DNA of 64,000 nt, taken from positions 37,656 to 101,655 of IMG/VR virus record IMGVR_UViG_3300030107_001040. The stretch is one strand, 5' to 3'. The DNA is from a virus. Under the pieces are notes generated by a model, which made no database searches, was not told the DNA's origin, and worked only from the letters and a program-made list of their open reading frames with translations. The position numbers were made by a program, and so were the translations under genes. This document shows positions 34,168-49,100 of this stretch, in pieces; position 1 is the first letter of the stretch; each line of letters opens with the position of its first letter.

Positions 34168-37100
34168 ATGACGAATATTAATAAGGTATCACAGGCGGTT
34201 GTCTCACAGACACCCGACTTTATTGAGCAGGATTATCCCCTCTTTAACAAATTTCTTGAGTATTACTACTTGTCTCAGGAAAAAACAGGGATGGGTCAGA
34301 ACATCCTTAATAATTTCCTAGGTTATCTTGATATTGATAAGTTAGACATTGGAATTCTTGATGGTGCGACTAAGGTAGTAGAAGATATAACTGCAACGAG
34401 CGATACAATAATTGTAGAGAGTGTTGATAAGTTTCTTGATACAAATGGTACTATTCTCATTGGTGATGAGGTAGTTTACTATGAAACTGTCACTGCTGCT
34501 CCCGATATTGCCCTAAGTCCTGGTATTTCTTACGATCAGGTCAAATTAAAGTGGATTAATCTTGCAAGTCCTTTATTGAGCTTTGATGGGACAACAAGAA
34601 CGTTCCCATTAACATCTCAGGATAATCCTATTGCTGCTCCGTCAGCACAGCATTTAATTGTAAGTAATTACGGTAAAGTACTTATACCTGGTACTGACTA
34701 TGCAGTCAGTGGTACAAATATCGTATTTACTACTGCTCCTAGAGCTAGAGTTCCTTCTGATGACTCTTCATCAACCTATATTACCTATTTGAACGGTTTT
34801 AACGAGAATACAATCGTTGCTTTAGATAACCTATCAAATGGTTTTGGTGAACAGAAGAGACAATTCACTATTACTAAGAGTGGAACAAGATATGAACCCG
34901 TTGTAGATGAATATGTTCTTGCAGTTTATGATAACCGTCTTTTAGTCCCTAAAGTAGACTTTTTCATTGATGGTGACCAATTTATCTTCCTAACAGCACC
35001 TCTGAATGGAAGATACTTATCATTGTACGCTATTGAGGCACCAATTCCTTCATTTGGATCTGGTGCTGTAGGATATGCTCGTATTAGCGATACTGGGACA
35101 CTTTCTAATATTTCTGTTAATACTAATGGAACAAAATATAGATTTGCTTATCCACCAAAGGTTTCTATCAATTCTGCTACTGGAAGTGGTGCATCTGCAA
35201 CTTCTCTTGTAAATGGTATTAAATCTGTAACTCTACTTGATGGTGGTGCGGGATATAGTGCTACAAACCCACCTACTGTTCAAATACAGACTCCAACTGC
35301 TACTGGATCTACTGCAGCAACATTAAAAGCAACTGTTGGTACTGATGGTGCTGTTTCTTCCCTAGAAGTAACTAATTCTGGTTCTGGATATACATTCACA
35401 CCTAGAATCACTTTCAAGCAGCCTGGAGGCGCAAAATTAGGCACTCCGACTATAACCAGTGGTAAGATTACAGGCACAGTTCCTATTACCGATGGTGGTC
35501 AAGGATATACTACTATTCCTACTGTTTATGTTGATGAACCAACAGGAACAAACCCAGTTAGAGCAGCATTAACTGCAACTTTGACTAATGGTGTTGTTAC
35601 TGGCATAACTATCGCTAATGCTGGATCAGGTTACACTGAAACTCCAAGAATTGCTATAATTGACCCTGTAGGTGCTCAAATTTTAGAAACTAAGGTTGAT
35701 AGTGACGGTAGAGTCATTGATATTGACCTTCTAAGCGGCGGAAGTGGTTATACAGACATTCCATCAGTTTATATCGTTGATAACCGTACAGACGCTACAG
35801 GAGCGTATGCAGGAGGCACTGGAGCTAAGGCAACTGCCTCTATATTCAATGGTAAGATCACAGATATTAACGTCAGCACTTTTGGAACTGGATATAGTCA
35901 AACTTCTCCTCCAGATGTCGTTATTCAGTCTCCACCTGCTGCAGAAGCTTCTGCAACTACTGGTCTGAATGAAATTACTGGATTTACTATAAATCAAGCT
36001 GGAACAGGATATACTAAAGCATCATTTAATAAATGCGCTCGTGCTGCTAGTGGAATAACCTCTTATACAGAGGATGGTAATGCTGTTTTCACAAATATGA
36101 CTACAGCAGCTGCTCATGTCACAAATGACAACATTAAGTGCTTAGATCAGTTATTTGTTAAGAGATTACTAGACAAATACACAGAACAATACCTTCCTGA
36201 CGTTCCTACTCTTGATTATAAGACTATTGACGTTAGAACAGCGATTAAGACCATTAAGGACTTCTATGGTTCTAAAGGAACGTCTTATAGTATTGGATAC
36301 TTGTTTAAACTGCTTTATGGTGAGCAGGTAAGTATTTCTTATCCAAAAGATCAAATCATTAAACCATCTGATGCTACATGGTCTATTGATACGATTTTAC
36401 GTGCTACACTGGTTAGTGGAGATCCTGAAAATATAAGAGACGGTCTTTTAACACAAGATGCAGATATTGCAGATACTAATGTTAAAGCAGCGAGTGCTTT
36501 AGTAGAAAACTATATTTCAATTAAAACTTCAAAACTTGAGATCTATGAATTAGTTCTTTCTGAAGAAACTATTGCTGGAACGTTTATTGTTCCATATAAG
36601 ACAAAATTAGCAGAACCTTTAGATAAAACTGCTTCTATTATCACTGTTGACTCTACAATTGGTTGGCCAGAGAGAAACGGTGAATTTCTAATTGGTAGTT
36701 CAACTGATACTGCAGAACTTATCCAATACAAGGAAAAATCACTTAACCAGTTCATTGAGTGTACTAGATCAGTTAATTCTGTAGTTGAAGACTGGGATTC
36801 CGCAACTGAAGTAAAATCAAACTTCAAAGTTTACGTTAATAAGGGAACTGCTCAAGAAGTAGTGATGAATATTGTTGGTATCGTTGATGCTCAACAGACA
36901 ACCCTTACTGACACTGGATCTTATTACCTACCAGGTGATAAATTAACAGTTTCTAAGTTAGGTGGAACAGGAACTTCTCCTGAACTTACAACTTGGTTGT
37001 ATAACGTTAAAAAACTTATTTCCGTAAGTACTATCACTTATGGCGGGGTAAATGATCAATCTGCTACCGTTACTTGCGCGAATAATCATGGATTGTTAGT

Positions 37101-40100
37101 TGGTGATCAGGTTACGATATATGGTGCGAACCCAATCATCTATAATGGAACATTTTTGGTAACATCTAGGGATAGTGCGACTGTTTTCCAGTACAACCTT
37201 CCTCAACCTGCTACTGTTATTCCGCAGGGAAATATTCTGGTATCTATTGACCTTAATAAAGGTAAATCTGAGAATGCTGCTGTTTTAAATGCTATTGGTC
37301 CTTATACTACCAACATTCAGAACTCATTCTTTAATGACACGTATGTATACGTTGCCTCTACAGGTATTCCAAACTATAACATTGGTCCTTTCCCAGGATC
37401 TGCACTTCTTCCAGGAAATCAGAGAAAATTAACAAGATTCCCTATAAGTCCAACAACAATTTCAACAAAGAATAATATTGCGGCAGGTCCAATTGGAACT
37501 TGGGTTAATGGTGTTTCAGTATGGTCATATAAGTCAACTTTATCAAAAACATTTGGTGCTGTCACAAGTATTGACATCACAAACGCTGGATCTGGGTATG
37601 ATGCCGCATATCCTCCAAAAATCACTATATCAGATGGTGGTGGAAGCGGAGCAACTGCATCTGTAGTTGTTAATGGTTCTGTAAGTGAAATTACAGTATC
37701 TACTGGTGGATCTGGTTATACATCATCTCCATTGGTGTCTATAGTAGGTGGAGGCGGGTCTGGTGCTGCTGCTACAGCAATTATCACCAAAGGTGTTGTT
37801 TCACGTGTTCTAATCAATTCTGGAGGTAGCGGATATACCTCACAACCTTCAATTACTATTGTTGGTGGAGGCGGAACTGGTGCTACCGCTACCGCATCTG
37901 TTAGAGGTCCAATCAAATCAATTGGAGTAGACACGGGTGGTAATTCATATACATCTAATCCATCCGTAACATTAAGCTCTGGTTCTGGTGCTGTTGCACA
38001 ACCAGTTATAAGTAACGGACGTATTATCTCTATTGCTATCATTTCTGCTGGATCTGGATATACAACTGCTCCTGAAATTGATATACAAGGTGCTGGATTT
38101 GGTGCTGTTGCTAGAGCAACTATTGACCTTGATGGTGAAAATGCTGGTAGGGTTACTGGTATTACCATTGTTAACAGAGGTATTGGATATGTACAAGGAA
38201 CCACTGTTATTAACCTGAATTCAATTGGTTTAGGTGCTGTATTCTCTCCAAACGTATTTAAGTGGACATATAACCTTCAAGCAACTGCTACATTAGATTC
38301 AGCGAAGGGTGGTGTCTTTGAAGGATTTAATAACCAATATGGTGGTGAATATGGTCATATTTCAAACCCACAAAGATTAAGATATATCCTTGGTGATAGT
38401 TTACAAGAGCAAACTGCAGGAACTATTACTGAGCAAGAAAGTCAGATTACTCACTCACCTATTATTGGTTGGGCGTTTGATGGTAATCCAATTTATGGTC
38501 CTTATGGATACTCTGATCCTACAGATCAAACTTCTACTATTAATAGACTCCTTACATCTTATAGATTAAAGACTGCACTTGTTTATAATGCTACAACAAA
38601 CCCACTTCCAGTTAGAGAGGCTGGTCCTTTACTAACTTCAGAAGCTGCTGGTAATTTTGTTGAAGACTATGAATATGTCTTTGGTTTAGGTGGTCTTGAT
38701 CAGTATAATGGTCGTTTCTGTAAGACTCCTGAATATCCTAATGGTAGATACTGCTATTTCGTCACTATTGACGCTACTGAGGCAGGTAATCCAGTTTTCC
38801 CGTATGTTATTGGTCCAAGTTTCAATTCTGTTGTTGATGCTTGGAATTTAAGTACATCTGCTATTCAGCAGAACATTCCTACTGGTGTTGTCCGTTATAG
38901 AGACCCATATGAGAATGTTGACATTGATGTAGATAGAGCACCTAACGTTTCTACAAATGCTCTTACAACTGAAGCTGGAGATATACTATTATTTGAAATA
39001 GAAGACGAAGACAGAAGTGGTGTTATTGATCAGGCAGAAACTGATGATCCAGATCAAATGTTTGAGGAATCACCTTTACAGTTATTTGATTACTTCCCAA
39101 CAGTAACATTTGACTCTAAAGTTGATATTGAAGTTGAAACTATCACTAAATTTGAGGATGCTTCTGTAACTGGGTTTACTGTTGAGAACTCTGGTAAAAA
39201 CTATCAGGTTAATGACCGTTTAATATTTGATAATACTGATACTGATGGAACTGGTGTTTCTGCTCGTATATCACGTATTAAAGGTGAAACTGTAGCTTCT
39301 TATAATTTTGAGAATGTAGGTGGAACTAATTACGGTGTTTTAAAGACATCTACTCCACATAACTTGTCAGTTGGAGATAGTGTCTTCTTAACATATACTC
39401 CAATAATGAACAATACGAACAAGACTTTCGTTGTTCGTCAACTTAAAGGTATTGAAGAAATTGTTGTAAATACGACTGGTTCTGGATATAGTTCTGATAT
39501 TCCTCCAGTAATTACGATTGATAGTACTAGTGGTAGTGCTGGTTCTCTAGAAGCAGTTGTAACTACTGTTGGATCTATTGAGACTGTTAATATACTTAAT
39601 TCTGGTTCAGGTTATACTTCAAATCCTCGTGTCATCTTATCTCATCCACAAATCTTTAAAAAGGCAGATTACTACGTTTCTAAGATTGAAAATCAGGATT
39701 ATGTTAAGGTAAATGATGCTGTTGTTAATACTAAGAAAGAAGTCTTTATTTGTGGTAAAACATTAGATGCTACTGGTAATACAGTTGGATTTGTTGCTAA
39801 GTTGTCTGCAACTGGTGTTAAGGAGTGGCAAAAGACTCTAGAAAGCACAGATGGACAAACATATACAGAATTCCAAAAACTTTATGTTGAGGGTAATGAT
39901 GTTTGGGCTGTTGGTAATAACAAACCAAATGCTGCTCTTTTAGCAGCATATAACCCTGATGTAATCTTAGCGAAGTATACACAGGCAACAAACGGATTAA
40001 GTGCAACACTTACATTCCAGAAGGCATATGCTGGTATTTCTGGTTCTACTCGTTCTGATAATGTAACTGCTATTACCAAGTATTCAGATACTAGGTTTGT

Positions 40101-43100
40101 TATTGGTGGTTATACTAATACTAACTCTGCAAACCCATATGATGCTTATATTGCTCTAATTGATACTACTGGTAATTTCGCACTTAAGAGAAAGGTTGCT
40201 TCTACATCTAGTTCTGAAAAGATTACTGGATTAATCGTTAAAGGTTCAAATATCTATTTCTCTTTAGAAATTGCAGCAACTCAAGCAGCAACTGCAGTTG
40301 ACGTTGGATTTGGTAAAGCAACAGTTGGTACTACTGCAATTACTGTTGATTATGTTAAAAATTATAGTAATACTCTTTATTCTTTCTTAGATTCAAGTTG
40401 TGCTATTGATGAATTTGATGAAGTTTATCTAACAGCAACTTTAAGACTTAAGAGTAATAATACAACTAAAGATAGTTTCTGGGTAGGTAAAGTTGATCTT
40501 ACTGGAGATTTAATCTGGAATTATCGTTATCTTATCTCTGCTGGAACAATTACTGCTGCTTCTAAGAGTGAAATTGATTTATTTGGTGATCTTAATGTTA
40601 TTATTAATAAGAGTGCAACCTCTAATGGTGAGAAGACTGTAGAAACACTTAAGATTGGTTATAATGGTCTCTTAAAAGAGCATTCTACTAATGTATTCAA
40701 TGTTAATAATATTGAAGGTATTACTGCTTATGGAATGGCTATTGATGAGTCTGCTGATGTTCATGTATTTGGTCAGACTTCTTGGAATAGAAATGAGTTT
40801 GTATACGATTTTGCAGGTAATGAACAGACAGATGTAACAGGTCATTATACACTTACATCTACTTCTACTACTAACTCAATTACATATGCAGATAATGTTG
40901 CTAAGATCTTGGGATATAATCCTGCAGGATCTAATAGCACATGGATCAATTCTCATCTAAAAGTAACTGGGACTCAATTAAAGACTAAGTTAAGTGGTGA
41001 TTGGACTTTAGAATTCCAAATTTATAAAGATTCTACTACATCTCAAACATTATCTCAGACAGGTCAAACTCTTTGTGCTATTGGTGGTGCTCAAGATGCC
41101 ACTGGTGGTTTATGGTTGGGATATGATATTTCGTCAGGTAAGTTGCAATTTGCTGTTACGAATAGCAGTACTGCATTAAACACAGCAACTCCAATTGAGT
41201 CTACTCAGACTACAATGTATTATAACAATTCTTGGCAATTCGTTGCGATAACTAAGATTGGTACTGCATTTAAAGTATATGTTAATGGTGTTGAGGTAAT
41301 TAGTGGAACACAATCTAGCACACAACTTGAGAATAAGGATCTTTACTTTGGTCAGCAAGTTGGTTGGGGATCTGGTGCTGCAGACTTTAATCAGAATAAG
41401 CAAGGTCAATTCTATATTGATAACATAAGATTAAGAAATAAAGGAGTAACTCCTACAGTTCCTACTGATGTTACAGGTGTACCACCTTCAAATAACACAT
41501 TTGGATTTGCATTTGATTGGGTAGATGATGCTTGGTTCACAACTCACTTAAACAAGTATGATTACATTGATTATGTTGGTTGGGGTATTAAGATTGATAA
41601 GAATGCTGATGCTGTAAGAGTTGGAACATTTACTGAAAGAACCAATACTAAGTTAGGATTTATTAGAGCTAATGTATCTCCTGTAGTTGGTTCTACACTT
41701 ACTATGGCATCAACAGGACTTGGATTAGCAGAAGCAGGATTCCAGTCTCTTGACTTTGATGATGCTACTACAACGATGTCTCAGGATACTGAAACATTAA
41801 CATACACTCAAGATATTTGGAGTTCTAGAACTGCTACAGTTCCTTCTCCAGGTTCTCAGAAGTTATCTGTATCTGCTGTAGTTAAAGACAGATACTACTT
41901 TAAAGTTACAAATACAGTAAAGATTGACAATGTTCAGAAACTTACGTTAAACCAGTCATTTACCTTTACTAATAACGCAAAATTACAACTTTATGATGGA
42001 AGCACCTTTATTAATAGCGGTTATATCATTAAACAGGATGCTGACAATAAACAGGTATATCTTGCTATCAATAATAATGCTTGGTCTAATGATCTTAATA
42101 CTGGTACATTAAGTACTGTTCAATTTAGTGAGCAGAGCACTTATGGTATTGTTGGACCTATTCCTAATGATATTAACGAAATTACGTCTTATAGTTTCGC
42201 TCAGATAAACAATACCACACCTGGAACCTTTGATATTGATTTAAACGACTTCAATCATCCTGAAGGTGGTTCTAACAATATGGATGAACTTAGCAAGTTC
42301 AAACCTTATGCTGATGCGGATTATTCAATCAGAATTGATGAAGTTGCTGGTGGATCAGCTTATATTGTAGGATCTGTTATTACAATTGCTAGTGGTAATA
42401 TTTCATTCAATGCTGCATATACTACTGCACAAATTACTGGATTAACTGGTGTTCTTAAGATCACTTTAGTTGCAAACTTAACTAAGGTTCTTCAAGTAAG
42501 TGCTGTTGCTAATAGTGATGAAGTTTATGTAATTACAGGAACAAGTCATTATCTCAAGAAAGGAGAAATGATTTTTGTTGATGGTAACCCATCTCAGCAA
42601 GTTGGTGCTACAACTTATGATGAATATGATGGATCATTCCCAGTTGATACTGTTGTAAGTCCTCTAGAATTCACTTATAAACTTAATTCTATTGCTGTCA
42701 CTGATCCTGCTACAACAGCGGCTAATGTAAGCATATTTGTTAAGTCTCCTGTTTTGAAGATGTATTATGGTCACCAATATTTGTTTGACCTAAGTCATTC
42801 TTCACTTGTTGGTGGTAACTTATCATTTGCTAAGGATAACCTATACAAACTAGAGTATTCCTTTAACTCTATTGAAAGAGTTGGAACTCCAGGTGTAACA
42901 GGTCAAGGTATTACTACTCCTACAGTTAAACTGAAGGTTGACGAAAATGTTGTAACTAATATTTCTTACTATTTTGATCCATCTAGAACTACAGATGCTG
43001 ATTCTCCTGTTATTTCAGGTAGTTATCTGGATGTTACTGATTCTCCTTATAAGGGAACCTTTACCATTAGTTCTATCTCTGGTGCAACCATTACAACAGG

Positions 43101-46100
43101 TGCAGATACATTTAAGTTTGTTCTATTGAATGAACCAGAAGGTGCTGCTGATATTACACAAACATCTTATAGTACAAGTTCTGTTAAAGCAGTTGGTGCT
43201 ATATCAAATATTCGTATTGTTAATCCAGGTGGTTTTTACACTAAACTTCCTATTGTTACAGGTATTACCTCCACAAGGGTTATTGAAAGAGTTCAAATTG
43301 AAACACCAGGTACTGAATATGCTGTAGGAGAATACACTGGAGTTCCTATTGCAGGTGATGGCGAAGGTGGATTAGTTAGCATTACAGTTGCTGATGGAAC
43401 TGATGATGAGGGAACTGTAATTCCAGGTCAAATTAATAATGTTGTTGTTACTTCTCCAGGTAAAGGATATACTTCTGGAACAATTGATATTGAAGCTATA
43501 TCTGGTATATTAGGATCTGGATTAACTGGATCTGGTGCTGTATTGAATGTTATTATTCCTTCAAATGGAACAGAAGCATCTATCTTTACTCAGGGGACAA
43601 GCGTTGGAAAAATCAAGAAACTTAAGAATAATAACTTTGGATATGATTATCCTCATGACTATACTTTACGTCCTGAAATTACGTTCCCAATTAACGCACA
43701 ACTCACATCAACATCCATTCTAGACAGTATTACAATTACTGACCCAGGTTCTGGATATTCACAAGCACCTGCTGTTGTAATTACAGGTGGTGGTGGATCT
43801 GGTGCTCTAGCTGAGGCAACAATTAGGAACGGTAGATTAGATCAGGTGATTGTTAAGGATCCTGGTGCTGGATATTCATCTACACCAACTGTTTCCTTAA
43901 GATCTTCCTTTAACTATGTTATTAACATTGACTTAGGATTACTACAATTTGCCTTCCCTCATGGTATTGCAAATGGATCTGCTATAACATTAAATGTAGT
44001 TGATACTGGATCTGGTGCTGAATTCCCACTTGCTGCTGGTGCTACTGGTCGTCTTAACGGAACAACAACTTATTATGCTATTACTGGAACAGCAAATTCA
44101 TTAGAAAATGATCAATTAAAAGTAGCGATTACTGCTGCAAACGCTGAATTGGGTGATGCTTTAACATTCACCAATGCTGGAACAGGTCGTCAACAGGTAT
44201 TGACAGAATCATTTGGTGGTGGTGCTTCTGCTAATGTTATCACTTCTACCTTCTTAGAAGGAGAACTTGTTTATCAAGGTGATTCACTTGCTTCTGCAAC
44301 TGCAACTGGATACGTTTCAACTAATGAAGGTTGGCAAGTTGGACCTAGAGTTCTTAAGATTGTTGATTATACAGGAACATTTGCAGAGACTCAGAAATTA
44401 ACTGGTGTTATCTCTAAGTCTTCAGGTACTATTAGTGATCTAAACATCGCTAAAGGTGTTCTAGAAATTGGATCTATCACTAAGACTACTGGTCAATTCA
44501 TTGATGACGTTGGTAAACCTTCCGAAATTATTCAGAAGATTCAAGATAGTTACTATTATCAGGACTTCTCCTATGCTGTTAAGTCTGCTGTTTCTATTAG
44601 TGATTGGAAAGAGATTTTAATTAAGAACGTTCATCCTGCATCATTTAAGGTATTTGGTGAGTTGAACCTTTCAGATTATGGTTCAATTCCAAACAAAGAG
44701 ACTGATTTCCAACTTACAAAGTCTGTTGAACTTGCAAGAGAAGCAATTGTTCCCAATATACAGAGTTTTGCTCTAGTTGAACCAATTTACTCAGAATTTA
44801 ATAATACTGAAGTTCTGTTCCGTCAGAAGAGATTAACGTCTTCTGAGAACATTCTAACTTCTGTTGTACAAAGATTAGATGATATTTCTTCCTTATTTGA
44901 TGGTGAAAGAATATCATTCCCTCTACAAGTTAATCAAACTAACGTTGTTGCTAATGCCAATCAGTTAATGATTGTTTTGAATGGTGTTGTTCAAAACCCA
45001 GGAACATCATTCAGTATTCAAGGTGATTCTGTTGTATTCAGTGAACCACCTCAACCACCAGCAAGTGTTAAGTATGTAAACATAACAATTTCTCAACAAG
45101 CAACTAAGACTAACACATTTACTAATATTAGCGGTATCTTCCCTAGTGTTGGTAATGCTTTAGTTGGAACAGTTTCTGGTGCTAGATTAACCGTAACTTC
45201 TGTTGTTGGTAACGTAATTGATGGTTTCATTACAGAAGGAACCTTTATAATAGGTGAAAACGTAACTGTTGGTGCTACTGGATTTAATGCTAATATTGCG
45301 ACTCAAAGTGATGTTTCTAACATTGGATTGTTCCAGTACGGTGAGACAGTTACTAACTTAACTTCAGATACTGCAAAAGTTGAGCAAATCAACTTGGCAA
45401 CTGGTCAAGAAACACCTTTGGCACAACTTCGTTACACAATTGGTCCATCTACAACTGATTTTGAAGTTGTTGCATATAAGACAGATAATAGTGCTGCAGA
45501 TGCTGTAGTTCCTGTTGGAACATTCACTGCAACTAAGAAGTATCAGTTTGGATCTGAAATTTTCCTAGTTAACAGTATCACACAGGGTTCTGACTCTACA
45601 ACTTTAAATGTTACAAGAGCACAAGATGGAACTGCTGCTGTTTCTCAGCAAGAAGATCTTCCTGTTTATGGAACAGATATTAGTGTTACTACTGCTCTAA
45701 CATTAAGTAAGACTGCTGGTACTTACCAATCAACTCCTGGTTTATTTGATATTCAGTTAAATGATTATATTATCGGTGCTAAATCTGGGGTAGTAGCAAA
45801 AGTTACTGCTACTGCTGTATACACAGATCCTATTACTAATGAAGCAATTAGTCAGGTTAATATATCTGCAGGTTCATCCTTCTTTGGTCTATTATTCAAC
45901 AGAATTGCCTCTCAGACTTATCCAAACCAAGTCTTAGATGATATTTCTAAGTCTCAGGTAAGTATCGTTAAGTTTACTGATACTAATATTACTGATGGTC
46001 TTTCTAGCACAGCATTTAACGCAGAATTCCCTGCCAATGAAAGAATTAACAATTATGTAGTTCCATATGATAATGCAACTGGTGCATTTGCAGAAAACGA

Positions 46101-49100
46101 ATTCATACGTAACTATAAACTTGAATATGGTAATAACATTGGTGAGTTTACTGCTGGAGAAAGTGGAAAGGTAAGAAAACTAACTTATACACTCCCTCAA
46201 GGTGATGGATTCTTTAGTGCTGGACAAATTATAAGAACTCGTGATACTAAGGCAGAAGTTATAGGATATAACCAAGCACGTCAAACAGTTTATATTGGTA
46301 AGATAGGTAGAACTAAGGCTACTGGTGAAGATTATCATGCAGTTACATTTACTGGAAATGCTCAGTTAGATACTGCTCAGAAGAAATTTGGTACTGCATC
46401 ACTATTATGTGATGGCACAGGTGATTACACTAATATTGTTACATCTACAGAATTTGGACTTGCAACTGGTTCATTTACTATTGAAGCATATGTTCGTCCT
46501 GCTAACGTCTCTGGAACCAAAGTTATAATTGACTTTAGAACTGCAGCAACTGAAGTATCACCGATGCTTCAGATGAATAATGCTGCTTTAGAATTTTATG
46601 TTAATGGTTCAGTAGTTGCTAGTGGTGGAACTCTTGCTGCAAATACTTGGCATCATATTGCTGTTGTTAAGGGTGGCACAACCACGAAACTCTATGTAGA
46701 TGGAACTAAGGTTGGTTCTGATTATACCGATAACAATAACTATGGAGCTACTAAACCAATTAGAATCGGTGCTGATGTTGCTGGTGCAAATGGATTCAAT
46801 GGTCATGTTGATGAAGTAAGAGTATCAAATACTAACCGTTATACTGCTAACTTCACTCCTCTAGTTGGTATTCATCAAGGTGATTCAAATACTGTTCTAT
46901 TACTCCATTATGATGGTGCTGATGCTCAGACATGGGTTGAAGACTGGTCTGGTGGTGAGAGCTTTACAAATGGAGAATACTTCAATAATGATGCAATTCG
47001 TGCAACTCATCGTTCTTCTGCAAATGCTCCTAGTGGATATGTTAATAAAACAAACAGATATTATAATGCTGCAGATTTAATTGAGCTCAATAAAGAATTC
47101 CTTGCTCAAGAAGTAGTATTCATTCTTAAGAGAAGACATCCTCATCATACAATTAAGGGTAGTGAAGTTGATTGTGAAGATGATGTTCGTGATGTATTGA
47201 CTGCTATCATTTATGACCTCCGTAATGGTGGTAATAATAAGATTTGGGATGCATCTTCTTACTACATTGATAGAACAACTACTCCCGTTACACTGAAATT
47301 TGTCACTAACGAAGTTGATGAAGTTGTTTATACTTACGATAAATTAGAGCAAATAGTCAAGTATATCTTGACAAATACACCTTGGGAAGTTCAAGGTGAT
47401 CATGGTCTTAAACAGAAGTTTGACACTAGCATTACTGAGTCTGATGGTACTTCACCAACAGCATTGACACCAACAGCAGCAACATATAATGCTGTTACAG
47501 GTGATATGATCTTGACTGTTGCAAGTCATGGTTTGAATGCTGAAACACAAATTACTGCAACTAATGCTGCATATGTTGCTTCAACAGGTGTATTAACACT
47601 TACTAAGTCAGGTCATGGTCTTGCAAATGGCACAAGAATTAAGTTAGATCACAACTCTATTGTAATGAGTTGCACCTCTGATAGTAATACAGTTAATCAG
47701 AGTTATCCAAGACCTGATGATCCTGCTGCTCAAGGTTGGTTAGAAATTTCTAACGTCCAAACAAATACATTTGATATTAATGTTGGTAAGTCTCCAACAG
47801 TAAATTACACACCATCTGCAGGAACTTATAATGCAGAAACTGGTTTCTTGACAATGAATATTGGTAAGCATAACCTAAGAACTGGTCGTAAATATACTGC
47901 TTCTAATGCATCATATGATCCAGCTGGCGGTGTAATGACTATTACCATTGGTAATAATATTGATGTTGATAGTGCTGCCTATGATCCTGCTTCAGGTGAT
48001 TTGGTAATGACTATTGGTACTCATAACTTTGATATTGGTGATAAGGTTAAGATTGCTAAGAATTCATTGTTCTTTACATGTTCAATGGATGAACATCGTT
48101 CTGTTCATGCTTATCCAAGAGACGGTGATCCAGCATTCAATGCTGATCTTGAAATTACAGATACAACAGGAACTTCAATCACAGTTAATGTTGGAACAAC
48201 ACCTATCGTATCTTACACAGCAACAGGTGCAACTTATACTCCTGCAACTGGTGTTATGGAGCTTACTATTGGATCTCATAGCATTGCTGTTAATGATAGT
48301 ATAAGAATTGCAGATAATTCATTAACATTTACTTGTGCAGAAGATAGCGATCAAACAAGTCATACTTATCCTAGAGCAATTACAGATCCATTAGCTGCTC
48401 CAACTGGTGCTACCTATAATCCAAATACAGGTATCATGCAAATGACTATTAACAGTCATGGCATGTCAGGTCCAAGCACAACTACACCAACAGCAGCAAC
48501 TTATGATGCTGACACTGGTATTATGAGACTTACCAAGTCATCTCACGGATTTAAGGTCGGTGATATGGTTAAGTTAGATGACGGTGCAATTACCTTTAGT
48601 TGCACAATGGATTCCAATGCTACTAACCATGCTTATCCACGTGCTACAGACCCAATAAGCGGTCAATGGGTGGCAATCGTTGCTGCAGCTACAAACACAT
48701 TTGATATCCCTGTAGGTGCATCTGAACTTGGAGACTATACTCATACATTTGTTTCTGCTGTCACAAATGGTGTTAAGAAAGCAAATGATGTAATGAAGAT
48801 TGCTGATAATGGAATCTCATTCAAGTGTGCTGAAGATGGTAACAATAGCATTCACTCATATCCACGTCCTGGCGATCCTATGAGTGGTAAGTGGATGGTT
48901 ATTGAAGCTGCTGCTACAAATACAATAGATGTTCAAGTTTTAGATAGTGTTCCTTCAACTCATACATCAGTTCATACATTTAATAATGCTGTAACTGGTT
49001 CATTCCTTAAGAAGAGAGATCCATTCCAAGGAACTTCAATTCCAGTTACTGCTGTAACAGGAACAACAATTACTGTTAATGTTGGTATTTCTTCTAACAC